NCBI GenBank assembly: GCA_963665665.1
Contig: OY762428.1
Coordinates: 3,013,200-3,077,199 of the forward strand
Length of the DNA stretch: 64,000 nucleotides
DNA from: Candidatus Kapaibacterium sp.
Lineage (GTDB): Bacteria; Bacteroidota; Ignavibacteria; Kapaibacteriales; UBA2268
Reading direction: 5' to 3'
The notes below the pieces were generated by a model that ran no database searches, was not told the DNA's origin, and saw nothing but the letters and a program-made list of their open reading frames with translations. Numbering within the stretch: the first letter of the stretch is position 1; every line of letters starts with the position of its first letter. Below, piece after piece: positions 49,561 through 59,829 of the stretch. The position numbers were made by a program, and so were the translations under genes.

Positions 49561-49781
49561 AATACCGAAAACCAAAAATATACAGACTTTTCCCATCGAA
49601 AATAGACATAAGCGCCTGTATGGACGGTGAGCAGGCTTCGAGCATGGCCTGCGTATCCGGCCCGGAGGCATCCAGCGGGTGTAAAACCGGGGCTGCTGCC
49701 GGTACGGCATGTAAGGATGGTTCCGCTGCCGGATTCAGTTGCAACAGCGGTGCAGGATTCGAGGAATGGGAAAGGAAGTAA
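49557..49781 (+). CDS. RiPP precursor peptide 3 (74 aa; five C-x-x-G motifs)
   Basis: MKYRKPKIYRLFPSKIDISA leader, then CMDGE/CVSGP/CKTGA/CKDGS/CNSGA at about 10-residue spacing. Start codon overlaps the S26 stop, indicating translational coupling. Confidence 0.65.
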   Translation: MKYRKPKIYRLFPSKIDISACMDGEQASSMACVSGPEASSGCKTGAAAGTACKDGSAAGFSCNSGAGFEEWERK

Positions 49782-49835
49782 ATTGTTTTATAATAATAAC
49801 ATAGTGTATTATTAATCATATAAGGCATTAATAAA

Positions 49836-50615
49836 ATGAAAATATCAATATTAACCGAAAATACAGCAGCGCCTTATTTCCTTGCGGAATTTGGTTTTTC
49901 ATGCTTTATAGAAACAAACGGGAATAATTTTCTTTTTGATTTAGGCGCCACGGACATTTATCTGAAAAATGCCGAAAAACTTGGCATTGATATAGATAAT
50001 TGCAATAATGTTATTCTCAGCCATGGCCACTGGGATCATGGAAACGGCCTTAAATACATTAAGGGAAAAAATCTATTATGTCATCCGGGGGCTTTTCGTA
50101 AAAGATACCACAAAGGTGATGATAATAATATCGGCCTTGAAATGACTAAAGAAGAAATTGAGACAAATTTCTGCCTGACAAGCTCGGCGAAACCATATTA
50201 TATTGATGAAAATATAATTTTCCTTGGAGAAATTCCCAGGCTGAATGATTTTGAATCAAAGGAATCAGATTTTATACTCTCCGACGGAAGCGAGGATTTT
50301 GTAAGTGATGATACCGCCATGGCCATTGTTGAAGACGGCAGGCTAATCATCATTTCCGGGTGCGCCCATTCCGGAATTTGTAATATTATAGAATATGCGC
50401 GTAATATTTCCGGCATTTCGGACGTGAAAGCTGTGCTGGGCGGCTTCCATTTAAAAAATGAAAACCGTCAGTTGGATGAAACAATTAAATATTTTAAAAA
50501 ATTAAATGCAAAGCAGCTTTATCCCTGCCACTGTACTCAATTGCCTGCTATGGCAGCTTTTTATAACAATTTTAAAATTAACAGGATAATGGCAGGAAAC
50601 ACATTGGAAATTTAG
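49836..50615 (+). CDS. MBL-fold metallo-hydrolase
   Basis: LSHGHWDHGNGL (HxHxDH) plus downstream His/Asp; 259 aa. Confidence 0.75.
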   Translation: MKISILTENTAAPYFLAEFGFSCFIETNGNNFLFDLGATDIYLKNAEKLGIDIDNCNNVILSHGHWDHGNGLKYIKGKNLLCHPGAFRKRYHKGDDNNIGLEMTKEEIETNFCLTSSAKPYYIDENIIFLGEIPRLNDFESKESDFILSDGSEDFVSDDTAMAIVEDGRLIIISGCAHSGICNIIEYARNISGISDVKAVLGGFHLKNENRQLDETIKYFKKLNAKQLYPCHCTQLPAMAAFYNNFKINRIMAGNTLEI

Positions 50616-50624
50616 GAAAATAAA

Positions 50625-51482
50625 ATGAAAACATATATTGATTGTATTCCATGCTTTATGAACCAGGCGCTAAGGGCCGGAAGAATATCCACAAGCGATG
50701 ATATAATACTTAAAAAAATAATGGATAACGTAGGCGGGAAGCTGAAAGATGTATCCCTTACCGAAGTACCGCCCCGTTCGGCAATGATCATATACGATGA
50801 AATATTTCGCCAGACGGGAATAGAAGACCCTTACAAAAAAATCAAAAAGGAAAGTATAGACCTTGCTAAAAGTATTCTGGGGCAAATCAGAAATATGGTG
50901 GAATCTGCCCCCGACCCGTTACTTGCTGCCGTAAAAGCAGCAATTGCAGGTAATATTATTGATTTTGGTGCCTGCGAGGATTTTGATATTAAAAAGGATG
51001 TAAAGGCATCTATGGATATGGACTTATCTATAAACGATTATGAGGTTTTCAAAGAAAAAATAAATTATGCACGTACAGTCCTTTACCTTGGGGATAATGC
51101 CGGGGAAACTGTTTTTGACAGGTTGCTAATCGAGAATATTGACGCAAGGGTGGTTTATGCTGTCAGGGAGAAACCTATTATCAATGATGCAGTGATAGAA
51201 GATGCAGTTGATTCCGGCCTGGCCGATATATGCGAGATAATTTCTTCAGGCAGTACTGCTCCTGCAACTATTCTTGAAGAATGTAATGAACGGTTTTTAG
51301 GTCTTTATCACGGCGGAGCTGATATTATCATCAGCAAAGGGCAGGGAAATTACGAGAGTTTATCTGATAGTAACGAAAATATTTTCTTCCTTCTTAAAAC
51401 TAAATGCAGCGTTATTGCCCGCGACCTTGATACCGAAACAGGTGCACTTGTATTGAAAGCCGGTAAAAATTATGATTTGTAA
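50625..51482 (+). CDS. DUF89 (ARMT1-like/damage-control phosphatase family) protein
   Basis: N-terminal YIDCIPCF..QAL and overall length/pattern resemble PF01937 members; weakly supported. Confidence 0.45.
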   Translation: MKTYIDCIPCFMNQALRAGRISTSDDIILKKIMDNVGGKLKDVSLTEVPPRSAMIIYDEIFRQTGIEDPYKKIKKESIDLAKSILGQIRNMVESAPDPLLAAVKAAIAGNIIDFGACEDFDIKKDVKASMDMDLSINDYEVFKEKINYARTVLYLGDNAGETVFDRLLIENIDARVVYAVREKPIINDAVIEDAVDSGLADICEIISSGSTAPATILEECNERFLGLYHGGADIIISKGQGNYESLSDSNENIFFLLKTKCSVIARDLDTETGALVLKAGKNYDL

Positions 51483-51688
51483 ATATATTTTTCGGGTTCT
51501 GTTAAACAACCAATATTCAATGATATAGAGTTAATTGTTGTTATTATCGGCGAATATAGTAGTTCCCCGGAATATTATTTATGTCGGAAAGTTGAGCCTG
51601 TGATATGTAATATTTGAATTTACCCGGGCGATTTTGAACCTTGTGATTAATAATTGCTTTCAGTAAATTTGCCAGGAAATTTTATTTA

Positions 51689-53140
51689 ATGGGATACTCA
51701 ATGACAGGGAATAAGCCAGATAGAAATACTGCTGACAGTATAAAGGCAATGCTAAAAGGCGGGGCAATTTATTCATTTGGAAATATGCTGCAGCAATTCC
51801 TTAATTTTATTCTCATTCCGGTTTACACGGCATTTCTAACAACCGGGGACTATGGAATTATTGGTTTAATGACTATAACTGCCGGTTTGATACTGCCATT
51901 TACTAAAACACCTGCGGCCAACGGATTTGTCCGCTTTTATTATTCTCCCGGATACGAAAATAAAAGAAAGACACTTTTTTTCAATTCAGTAATATTTTGC
52001 CTTGCACAGTCCTTTATAATCGGATTGATATTTTACCTGTTTTCTTCATTTTGGGCCGGACTGATACTATCGGATATTTCACTCGATAATATCGTAAAAA
52101 TATATGCAATAATTATTTTCTTGCAGCCAATTGAAGACCTGTCCCAGGATTTGGTAAAAATTCAGAAAAAAGCCGGGCTTTTTGTTGTCATGCAATTATT
52201 ACGCCTGCTACTTGGTGCCGCACTTATACTTTATTTATTATTAATCGCTAATTCTGGCGTGATGGCTTTGGTTTGGGGGGCATTGTTCTCCTCCGCATGG
52301 CCTGTTCTATTCTTTATGCCATTGATAGCCAAAAATATTGAAATTAAATTTGACCTTAATTCGCTACGGCCCTTACTCAAATTTGGTTATCCCCTGATTC
52401 TGACAACGCTTTCTTTGTATCTTGCCGAATATGCAGATCAATATATTATTAAGTTTATGGCAGGAATATCCGATGCAGGGCTGTATTCTTTTGCCTACAA
52501 ATTCGGGGCATTAACCGGATTTATACTGGTGCTGCCTCTGCATAGCATAATCGACCCCCTTGTATACGAACTTGAAAGCAGAAAAGCGGAGTTAATTACT
52601 TTTATGAAAAGGGCTACAACATTATTTTATGCTGCGGTACTATATTTTTCCGTTATATTATCCCTTTTGTCCAAAGAAGTAATTCATATATTTGCAAGCA
52701 AACCTGAATTTTACCCTGCCTGGGAGATAGTACCATTAATATCCTTTGCTTATTGCCATTATGGTTTGATGTACTTGTTTGGACGTGGATTAATTATGGC
52801 AAAAAAGAGCAAACTGACCGGGCTAATATATTTAATATCGGCAGTAATAAATATTTTTATGAATATAATTCTAATTCCTGTATGGGGCCTTACCGGTGCT
52901 GCCGTTTCCACAATCATTTCCTTTATTCTTATGGGATTGCTTTCAGCATTTTACTCGGCGAAATATTATAATTTCAAATATGATAGCAAAAAACTGATAA
53001 TATTGACATTAGTATATTTTGCAGCAGTAACTCCTGCATACTTCAGTATTGCTGATATGATAACTGGCCTGTTGATTAAATCAGTAATAATAATTGTATT
53101 TACGGTAGCAGCATATTATGTTATCAAAAAGGACTTGTAG
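51689..53140 (+). CDS. MOP-superfamily polysaccharide flippase (Wzx-like) membrane protein
   Basis: About 12-14 predicted TM helices across 483 aa; topology and length typical of Wzx/polysaccharide biosynthesis proteins. Confidence 0.55.
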   Translation: MGYSMTGNKPDRNTADSIKAMLKGGAIYSFGNMLQQFLNFILIPVYTAFLTTGDYGIIGLMTITAGLILPFTKTPAANGFVRFYYSPGYENKRKTLFFNSVIFCLAQSFIIGLIFYLFSSFWAGLILSDISLDNIVKIYAIIIFLQPIEDLSQDLVKIQKKAGLFVVMQLLRLLLGAALILYLLLIANSGVMALVWGALFSSAWPVLFFMPLIAKNIEIKFDLNSLRPLLKFGYPLILTTLSLYLAEYADQYIIKFMAGISDAGLYSFAYKFGALTGFILVLPLHSIIDPLVYELESRKAELITFMKRATTLFYAAVLYFSVILSLLSKEVIHIFASKPEFYPAWEIVPLISFAYCHYGLMYLFGRGLIMAKKSKLTGLIYLISAVINIFMNIILIPVWGLTGAAVSTIISFILMGLLSAFYSAKYYNFKYDSKKLIILTLVYFAAVTPAYFSIADMITGLLIKSVIIIVFTVAAYYVIKKDL

Positions 53141-53141
53141 T

Positions 53142-56100
53142 TTAAATTTTTGGCAGAGTGAATGAGAACTCCGATCCTTTTCCGGGCTTGCTTTTTACAG
53201 ATATTGTTCCGCCGTTTTTCTCCACAAACTCTTTGCAAAGTATTAAACCTAAACCCGTTCCTTTTTCATTATTTGTTCCCGGAGTAGAGGAGTTTTTATC
53301 AATCCTGAACAGATCATCGATTCTCTCTTCTTCAATACCAATTCCACTGTCGCAGATGATTATTTCAATGAATTTATCATTTTCTTTGTTAGCAATTTCA
53401 ATTGTACCGCCTTCGGGGGTAAATTTTATTGCATTTGACAGCAGGTTGCGGAAAACAGTATTGATCATTGCTTTATCGAAATAAGCAAAAAGATTCTTGT
53501 CTGATTTATCAATTATTTCAATTTTTTTATTATCAATATTGACTTGTAATAATTTACGAACATTTTCAATTGAAAATCTCATATCTGCTATCAGTGGATG
53601 GAATTCAAGCCTGCCGGTCTGGGAGCGGGACCATTGAAGTAAATTTTCCAAAAGGTTCAGCGTCTGCTTTGAAGAATCATACAGGATATTGATGAAATTT
53701 TTCCTTGCGTCACTTGTAATATCTTCATAATTCTGTAATAGTATCTCGGAAATATTCATAAGCCCGCCAAGGGGATTTTTCAGGTCATGAGCGATAATTG
53801 AAAAGAATTTGTCCTTCATTGCATTTGATTCCTGAAGGCCTGCTTCGGAATCGCTTATTATCCTGTTCAGTTCAGCAAGCCTTATTGCTTCTTCTTCAAT
53901 TGTCTGGCGTGATATAAACAGTTCTTCGTTTAGTTTTTCCAACTCGTCCTGGGTACGTTTTCTTTCTTCATTTTCAAACCGCAGCTCTTCCATTGCATCC
54001 TGTAGCTGTGCAGTACGGTCCCTGACTTTTATTTCCAGGTCTTTATTCAATTCGTGCAGCTTATTCTCAATTTTTTTCTTATCGGAAATGTCAACAAATG
54101 AAGCAAGAAGTTTTATCGGTTTCCCTTTGCTGTCCCGCACAAAGTTAACTGAAACCATTACGTCAAAAGTGCTTCCGTCTTTCCGTATTGCCACGGATTC
54201 TACTGTTCCGCCTCCCTGGTTCAAATGCCCAAGAACCCTGTCGGTTTCTCCTAATTGGCCAAAATATTTAATATTTTTGCCGATGATCTCCGCAATATCA
54301 TCATAACCCCAAAGATTGAGATATGCCTGGTTTACATATTCTATAGTGCCGTCCAGGCTGGCAATACCGAGGCCGAAAACGGCAGATTCGATAGCAGAGT
54401 TCTTTATATGCAATGATTCTTCTGCTTTTTTTAGTGGTGTAATATCCATTGTTACGCCTATAATGGATAATACTTTGCCATCTTTATTTTTTAATGGATA
54501 AGCCGATGTAACAGTATGAATTTTCTGGCCGTTTGAGTTCATCATGGTTACTTCAAAGGATTGGCCTGCTTTTGTCTGCAAAATTCTTGCAATGAAGTTT
54601 TCTACTTTGTTGTAATTCCCCCTGTGAAATTCTGATAATTTTTTATTAATAACGGCATTCTTCTTAAGCCCGAATATGTTTTCTGCCCCGGGCGAGAATT
54701 CACTAATAACGGGGCCTCCATCTTTAAAATCAGCAATCAGGAATCCTACAGTATTAGCAGCTTCAAAAATTGAACGCAGTTTGGCTTCGTTGGCTTCCAG
54801 TGCATCGCGGGCAATTTTGGTTTCTGTAATGTCGTCTAGAATGGTTGCAAGCAGGTTATTGTGGAATTTGAAAATAGAAATTTTGAAGTATTTTACCGGG
54901 TTTTTCAAAGGAAATCCCATTACCAGTTTTATTCCGCCATCAGAACTATTTAATTTATTAACAATATCTGCAAATGGAAAAGTGCTTTTAGGATTTAATT
55001 CTGAAACTTTTCGCCCAACAAAATCTGTTCTTTTTATTCCATAAATAGATCTGAAACTTTCAATAAATAGTTTATTTGCATTACGGATAATTGTATCCAC
55101 AACTTCATCGTCTTCATTTTTAACAATTTCATGAATAGCACAGGCAGAATTCATATTATCAAAAAGCTGGATAAATCGCTCGTTACTTTTTTGCAGTTCC
55201 TTTTCAGATTCTATACGGGCTGTAATGTCTCTTGATGTTATTATGATACCATTTATCGGATCAACATCCAGCAGGTTGTTTGCAACAGCTTCATGCCAGG
55301 TATAGGTGCCGTCCTTATGCATTAGCCTGAAAACAGTAGGAACCAGTTTATTTGTTCCGCTAAGAACTTCGTTAAATTCCCGGATAGAATGCTCTTTATC
55401 GTCAGGATGAACCAAATCCCACATATTGACTTCATTAAGTTCATTTTCTGAATAACCAAGAATCTGGCATGACGAAGGAGTTTCGAATTTTATATTTACA
55501 TTTTCATCAACAATCCATACAATATCGGACATATTCGCAAGGATAGACCTGAACTTTAACTCATTTTGCTCAAGAGCTTTCTCAACTTTTTTTACATCAG
55601 AAATATCGAATATAACTCCTCTGAATCCTACGGGTTTTGAATCCTTGATAATAACATCTGAATGAATTGCAACAGGAAAAGTCGATCCGTCCTTTCTTAG
55701 GGCAATGTATTCAGATGCCTTAGACCTTTGGCCCATAGCAATTTTCCGCATATTTTGAACCGCGCGTTCCCTGTGCTCGGGTATTATCATATCAATAGCG
55801 TTGATCGAATCTATATCAACTTCATCAGGCTTGTAGCCGAATTTATCACGGGCAGCTTTATTGCCGTAAGATAAATTTCCTTTCAAATCCGATTCATATA
55901 TTATCTGTGGCAGCAGGTCGGAAAGCTGGCGGAATCGTTCTTCGCTTTCTTTCAGTTTGTTTTTGGATTTTATTCTGGATATTGCAATTGCCAGCATATA
56001 AGCTATTGATTCCAGAAATTTCATTTTTTTATCAGTCAATGTGTCAGCATCGTTAGCGGCAACATTTAACGAACCATATATTTTGCCCGGACTTAGTTTT

Positions 56101-57197
56101 ATCGGGATTGTTCCAACAAAGTTTAACCCGTTTTCTGAAAATAATTCAGGTAACTCAACTTTGCTTTCAGAAATACTTCCGAATACTGATTTCCCCGACT
56201 TTACTAATTTAAAATTCAAAGATTCGGAATCGTAACTTTTTAATTTCTCAACAATTTCATCATCCAGGCCGGAGTAATGAACCAGCTCAAGATACTTTGA
56301 ATCGTTATCAAAAAGATATATGCCAGCGTTATTTATTCCTAATATCTTTTTGGTGTAGTTTACCGATAAGCTTGATATTTCTTTAATAGAGTCAGCTTTA
56401 CTGAGCTTTTGGGACAGCTCGTTTTGAAGAACTAAAAGTTTTTCATTCTCTTTTTTCACGGAGATATCTTTGATAGTACCAACAACAGCAATTTTTTCGT
56501 GGTTTTTGATAATACCGATATTTAAAATAATGTGAATATAGCCGGGTTTGTGTTTATGCTTTATATTGAATTCATACTCATTTGGTACAGGTTCGCCAGC
56601 CAGCCTTTTTGCATAATTTTCCGATACCATATCAACATCTTCCGGAGCAATTATCTCCCTGAAATCAATACCAATAATTTCATTTGCCGAAAAACCGGTG
56701 ATTTTTTCAAAGGAGCTGTTTACATAAAGGAATTTGGAATCCTGAAGAAAGAATGCTCCGTCGCCAATATTTTCCAGCAGCCTGATATAATCTTCGTTAT
56801 CAAGAAATCCTCCCTGAACTTCAGTTTTATCAATATCTTTTATTAAAATACCGATATAATCCCTGTTTTCCTCCGAACTTGCCTGAATGATAAGCGAACA
56901 TTTAATTTTTTTGCCGTCTTTACGTCGGCATTCAGCATATAAAATATTTTTACCGGTCAGCCTGTCATCAGGAATAACTTCGGGAATTTCAAATCCGGGG
57001 AAGTAGTTCTCAAAAGGTTTGTTTTTAACATTTTTTACTTCCTCACCAATAAGATACAGGGCTGAACTATTCAAATTCAGAATTTTGTCGGTGTGACGCT
57101 CTACAATGAACAGGGGGTCAGATATATGGTGAAATAAGGGGAAATATTTAATATAATCCCGGGATAATTTATCAGTTGTTTGTTCAATGTTGTCCAT
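53142..57197 (-). CDS. Multi-sensor (PAS/GAF) histidine kinase, 1351 aa
   Basis: Multiple PAS/PAC blocks and a GAF-like segment. C-terminal coiled coil, HisKA (HDLKNPLGG) and HATPase_c (GTGLGLILCKEF...GGTISVKS). Confidence 0.85.
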   Translation of the reverse strand: MDNIEQTTDKLSRDYIKYFPLFHHISDPLFIVERHTDKILNLNSSALYLIGEEVKNVKNKPFENYFPGFEIPEVIPDDRLTGKNILYAECRRKDGKKIKCSLIIQASSEENRDYIGILIKDIDKTEVQGGFLDNEDYIRLLENIGDGAFFLQDSKFLYVNSSFEKITGFSANEIIGIDFREIIAPEDVDMVSENYAKRLAGEPVPNEYEFNIKHKHKPGYIHIILNIGIIKNHEKIAVVGTIKDISVKKENEKLLVLQNELSQKLSKADSIKEISSLSVNYTKKILGINNAGIYLFDNDSKYLELVHYSGLDDEIVEKLKSYDSESLNFKLVKSGKSVFGSISESKVELPELFSENGLNFVGTIPIKLSPGKIYGSLNVAANDADTLTDKKMKFLESIAYMLAIAISRIKSKNKLKESEERFRQLSDLLPQIIYESDLKGNLSYGNKAARDKFGYKPDEVDIDSINAIDMIIPEHRERAVQNMRKIAMGQRSKASEYIALRKDGSTFPVAIHSDVIIKDSKPVGFRGVIFDISDVKKVEKALEQNELKFRSILANMSDIVWIVDENVNIKFETPSSCQILGYSENELNEVNMWDLVHPDDKEHSIREFNEVLSGTNKLVPTVFRLMHKDGTYTWHEAVANNLLDVDPINGIIITSRDITARIESEKELQKSNERFIQLFDNMNSACAIHEIVKNEDDEVVDTIIRNANKLFIESFRSIYGIKRTDFVGRKVSELNPKSTFPFADIVNKLNSSDGGIKLVMGFPLKNPVKYFKISIFKFHNNLLATILDDITETKIARDALEANEAKLRSIFEAANTVGFLIADFKDGGPVISEFSPGAENIFGLKKNAVINKKLSEFHRGNYNKVENFIARILQTKAGQSFEVTMMNSNGQKIHTVTSAYPLKNKDGKVLSIIGVTMDITPLKKAEESLHIKNSAIESAVFGLGIASLDGTIEYVNQAYLNLWGYDDIAEIIGKNIKYFGQLGETDRVLGHLNQGGGTVESVAIRKDGSTFDVMVSVNFVRDSKGKPIKLLASFVDISDKKKIENKLHELNKDLEIKVRDRTAQLQDAMEELRFENEERKRTQDELEKLNEELFISRQTIEEEAIRLAELNRIISDSEAGLQESNAMKDKFFSIIAHDLKNPLGGLMNISEILLQNYEDITSDARKNFINILYDSSKQTLNLLENLLQWSRSQTGRLEFHPLIADMRFSIENVRKLLQVNIDNKKIEIIDKSDKNLFAYFDKAMINTVFRNLLSNAIKFTPEGGTIEIANKENDKFIEIIICDSGIGIEEERIDDLFRIDKNSSTPGTNNEKGTGLGLILCKEFVEKNGGTISVKSKPGKGSEFSFTLPKI

Positions 57198-57320
57198 AAA
57201 TTCTTAGCCTAAAAAATCACTTGCCAAAATTTCCAGTACTCTGTATCCCTTATTCTTAAATAATCATTTTTTCTTATATATCAAAGGAAAAAAAATAAAT
57301 GTTAAGAAAATAACGGATTA

Positions 57321-58172
57321 TCATATCATTAGCTCGACAGATTTAACATATTGTTCAACAGCTTCGGGTATCAGGTCCATATACAGGTCGGGTTCTATCA
57401 TTTCAACTTCCATCAGCTTAAATTTTCCTGAAGATAAAACGCCGTCAATCCTGGCATAAAGGCAGTTATTTATAAATTTTCCGGCAATTTCCCCGGACTT
57501 TGTTAAAACTTCCGGGGGAGGGTCTGCTAATTCGTATTTCCCGCCGTAATCCCGTTGTATCCGATAATCGCCGGAAGCCGGAATTTTATTGACTGTATAG
57601 TGAAACCCGTTATGGAAATATATTGTTGAAAATTCCCCGGATTTCATTATTTCCGGTTCGAAAGCCTGAACTAAAAGATCATGCCTGCCTGACAGATCAT
57701 CAAGTAATAACTGAGTATCAGCGCTGACTGCGGAAATTTTGTAAGTATTATGCGATGCAGCAGATACAGCAGGTTTCAATATTAATTCTTTAGTTCCCAG
57801 TTTTTCTGATATTTTATTCAAATCCTGTTTGGAATTTTTTTCAAGGAAATAAGTCGGGATAATATCAATTCCCCGGGTCATCAAATCGCGCAGGTAAAAT
57901 TTATGAATATTATTTTCGATAATGTTAGCAGGATTTAACACTCTTTTCTGACTCAATTTCAAATTTCGAATAAATTTACGAAATTCCTTTTCCTTGAAAT
58001 GGTATCCCCATGTTGTCCGGAACAAATAAAAGTCAAAGTCATCAATATTCTGAACATGATCCCATATAACAGGAAGTGCATTAAAGCCTCGGCTGTTGAG
58101 TCTGTTCATTACCTGTTGGTCATATTCAAGCAGATTAGGTATGTTTTCGCATGTAAGAATCGCTGTTTTCAT
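57321..58172 (-). CDS. ATP-grasp-fold protein (RimK/glutathione-synthetase-like), low confidence
   Basis: Domain order and sparse motifs (LILKPAVSAASHNTYKI...; C-terminal ...MEVEMIEP) are reminiscent of ATP-grasp ligases. The likely start is MKTAIL (ATG 58172), not 58286. Confidence 0.4.
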   Translation of the reverse strand: MKTAILTCENIPNLLEYDQQVMNRLNSRGFNALPVIWDHVQNIDDFDFYLFRTTWGYHFKEKEFRKFIRNLKLSQKRVLNPANIIENNIHKFYLRDLMTRGIDIIPTYFLEKNSKQDLNKISEKLGTKELILKPAVSAASHNTYKISAVSADTQLLLDDLSGRHDLLVQAFEPEIMKSGEFSTIYFHNGFHYTVNKIPASGDYRIQRDYGGKYELADPPPEVLTKSGEIAGKFINNCLYARIDGVLSSGKFKLMEVEMIEPDLYMDLIPEAVEQYVKSVELMI

Positions 58173-58457
58173 ATTGATAAAAATGAAATTTACAAAGATA
58201 AGGATTATTATGATAATTTTATCATTATGCTTATAGTTAATAAATAAAAATGAGGTATTCATGAATAAACAATTTGCATTTTGCACATAAGTTCACTATA
58301 TTGCTATCCGGAAATTTGAAATATGAACTAATTCGAATAGTAATTAATTGATATTATTATTGTTCGGGTATTGAAGCGGATATATTACTTAAAATAAAAT
58401 GATCAGGTATTATAATATTTTGATCATAGGATATTTCAAAAACTAACGAATGGCTTT

Positions 58458-59816
58458 ATGAAAACAGATGTTTTAGTGATTGGCAGCAGTGCCGCAGGAC
58501 TGGTTGCAGCAACAACAGGAAAAAGGGTTAACCCGGACAAGAAATTCACAGTAATAACAAAAAACGAAAAAACCTTGATACCATGCGGTATCCCCTACAT
58601 TTTTGGTTCGGTTGGTACAAGCGATAAGGATATTCTGCCGGCCGAAATGATGTTCGACAAAATGGGTGTTGAAGCCATCCACGATGAAGTTACCGAAATT
58701 ATTATCGCTGATAAAAAAGTAAAAACCCAAAACAACGGCGATATAGAATATGACAAACTTGTTATAGCCACCGGTTCCAAACCGCTAATCCCAAGCTGGC
58801 TGAAGGGTGCCGGCCTGGATAATGTTTTTACAGTACCTAAAGACAAAAACTATCTTGACCTGATGCAGGAAAAACTCCGGGATTCGAAAAAAGTAATTAC
58901 TATTGGTGCAGGATTCATAGGTGTTGAAATTTCCGATGAACTGAAAAAAGCAGGGAAAGAAGTTACCCTGATAGAAAAATTGCCGAATATTCTCGGCCTT
59001 GCTTTCGATGAAGATATTTCATGCCGTGTTAAAGATATTCTTACAGACAGGAGAGTAAATATTATTACAGGAACCGGAGTAAAAGAAATTGCCGGCGACG
59101 GAAAAGTTGAAGCTGTTATTCTTGAAAACGGCGATAAAATTGAAGCTGATGCTGTTATACTTTCTCTTGGCTACAAGCCAAATGTTGAACTGGCTGAAAA
59201 AGCCGGCGTAAGAATCAGCAGGCACGGAGCAATTAAGGTTGATGAATACATGAGAACTTACCAGCCTTATATCTTTGCTGTTGGTGATTGTGCTGAAAAG
59301 AGAGATTTTGTTACCAGGAAATTCTCGAACGTTATGCTTGCAAGTACAGCCTGCGCAGAAGCAAGGATTGCAGGTATGAATTTCTTCAAACTTTCTGCAA
59401 TTAAAACATTCAGCGGGACTATATCAATATTCTCGACAGCTATCGGAGATAACGGATTTGGTGTGGCAGGAATTACTGAAAAGAAAGCTGAAGAAGAAGG
59501 CTTCGATTTTGTAACTGGTGTTTTTGAAGGAATTGACAGGCATCCGGGGTCTCTGGCTGATACTCACAAGCAGTTTATTAAGCTGATAGTAGCCAGAGAA
59601 TCAGGTGTTATTCTGGGCGGTGAAGTGGCCGGCGGACTTTCGGCAGGCGAACTGACAAATATAATTGGTATTGCAATTCAGAACAGAATGGCAATCAATT
59701 CGTTGCTAACTGCACAGATAGGAACTCATCCACTGCTTACAGCTTCTCCGGCTGGATATCCGCTGATTAAAGCTGCTGAAAATGCTGCTGATAAAATTAT
59801 GGCTTCTTTCAAATAG
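58458..59816 (+). CDS. FAD-dependent pyridine nucleotide-disulfide oxidoreductase (NADH oxidase / CoA-disulfide reductase family)
   Basis: N-terminal VLVIGSSAAG FAD site, redox-active single Cys in TLIPCGIPY (cf. SFANCALPY of CoADR), second Rossmann ITIGAGFIGVE, and GDCA near C-terminus. Confidence 0.75.
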   Translation: MKTDVLVIGSSAAGLVAATTGKRVNPDKKFTVITKNEKTLIPCGIPYIFGSVGTSDKDILPAEMMFDKMGVEAIHDEVTEIIIADKKVKTQNNGDIEYDKLVIATGSKPLIPSWLKGAGLDNVFTVPKDKNYLDLMQEKLRDSKKVITIGAGFIGVEISDELKKAGKEVTLIEKLPNILGLAFDEDISCRVKDILTDRRVNIITGTGVKEIAGDGKVEAVILENGDKIEADAVILSLGYKPNVELAEKAGVRISRHGAIKVDEYMRTYQPYIFAVGDCAEKRDFVTRKFSNVMLASTACAEARIAGMNFFKLSAIKTFSGTISIFSTAIGDNGFGVAGITEKKAEEEGFDFVTGVFEGIDRHPGSLADTHKQFIKLIVARESGVILGGEVAGGLSAGELTNIIGIAIQNRMAINSLLTAQIGTHPLLTASPAGYPLIKAAENAADKIMASFK

Positions 59817-59829
59817 AAAGGATATTATA

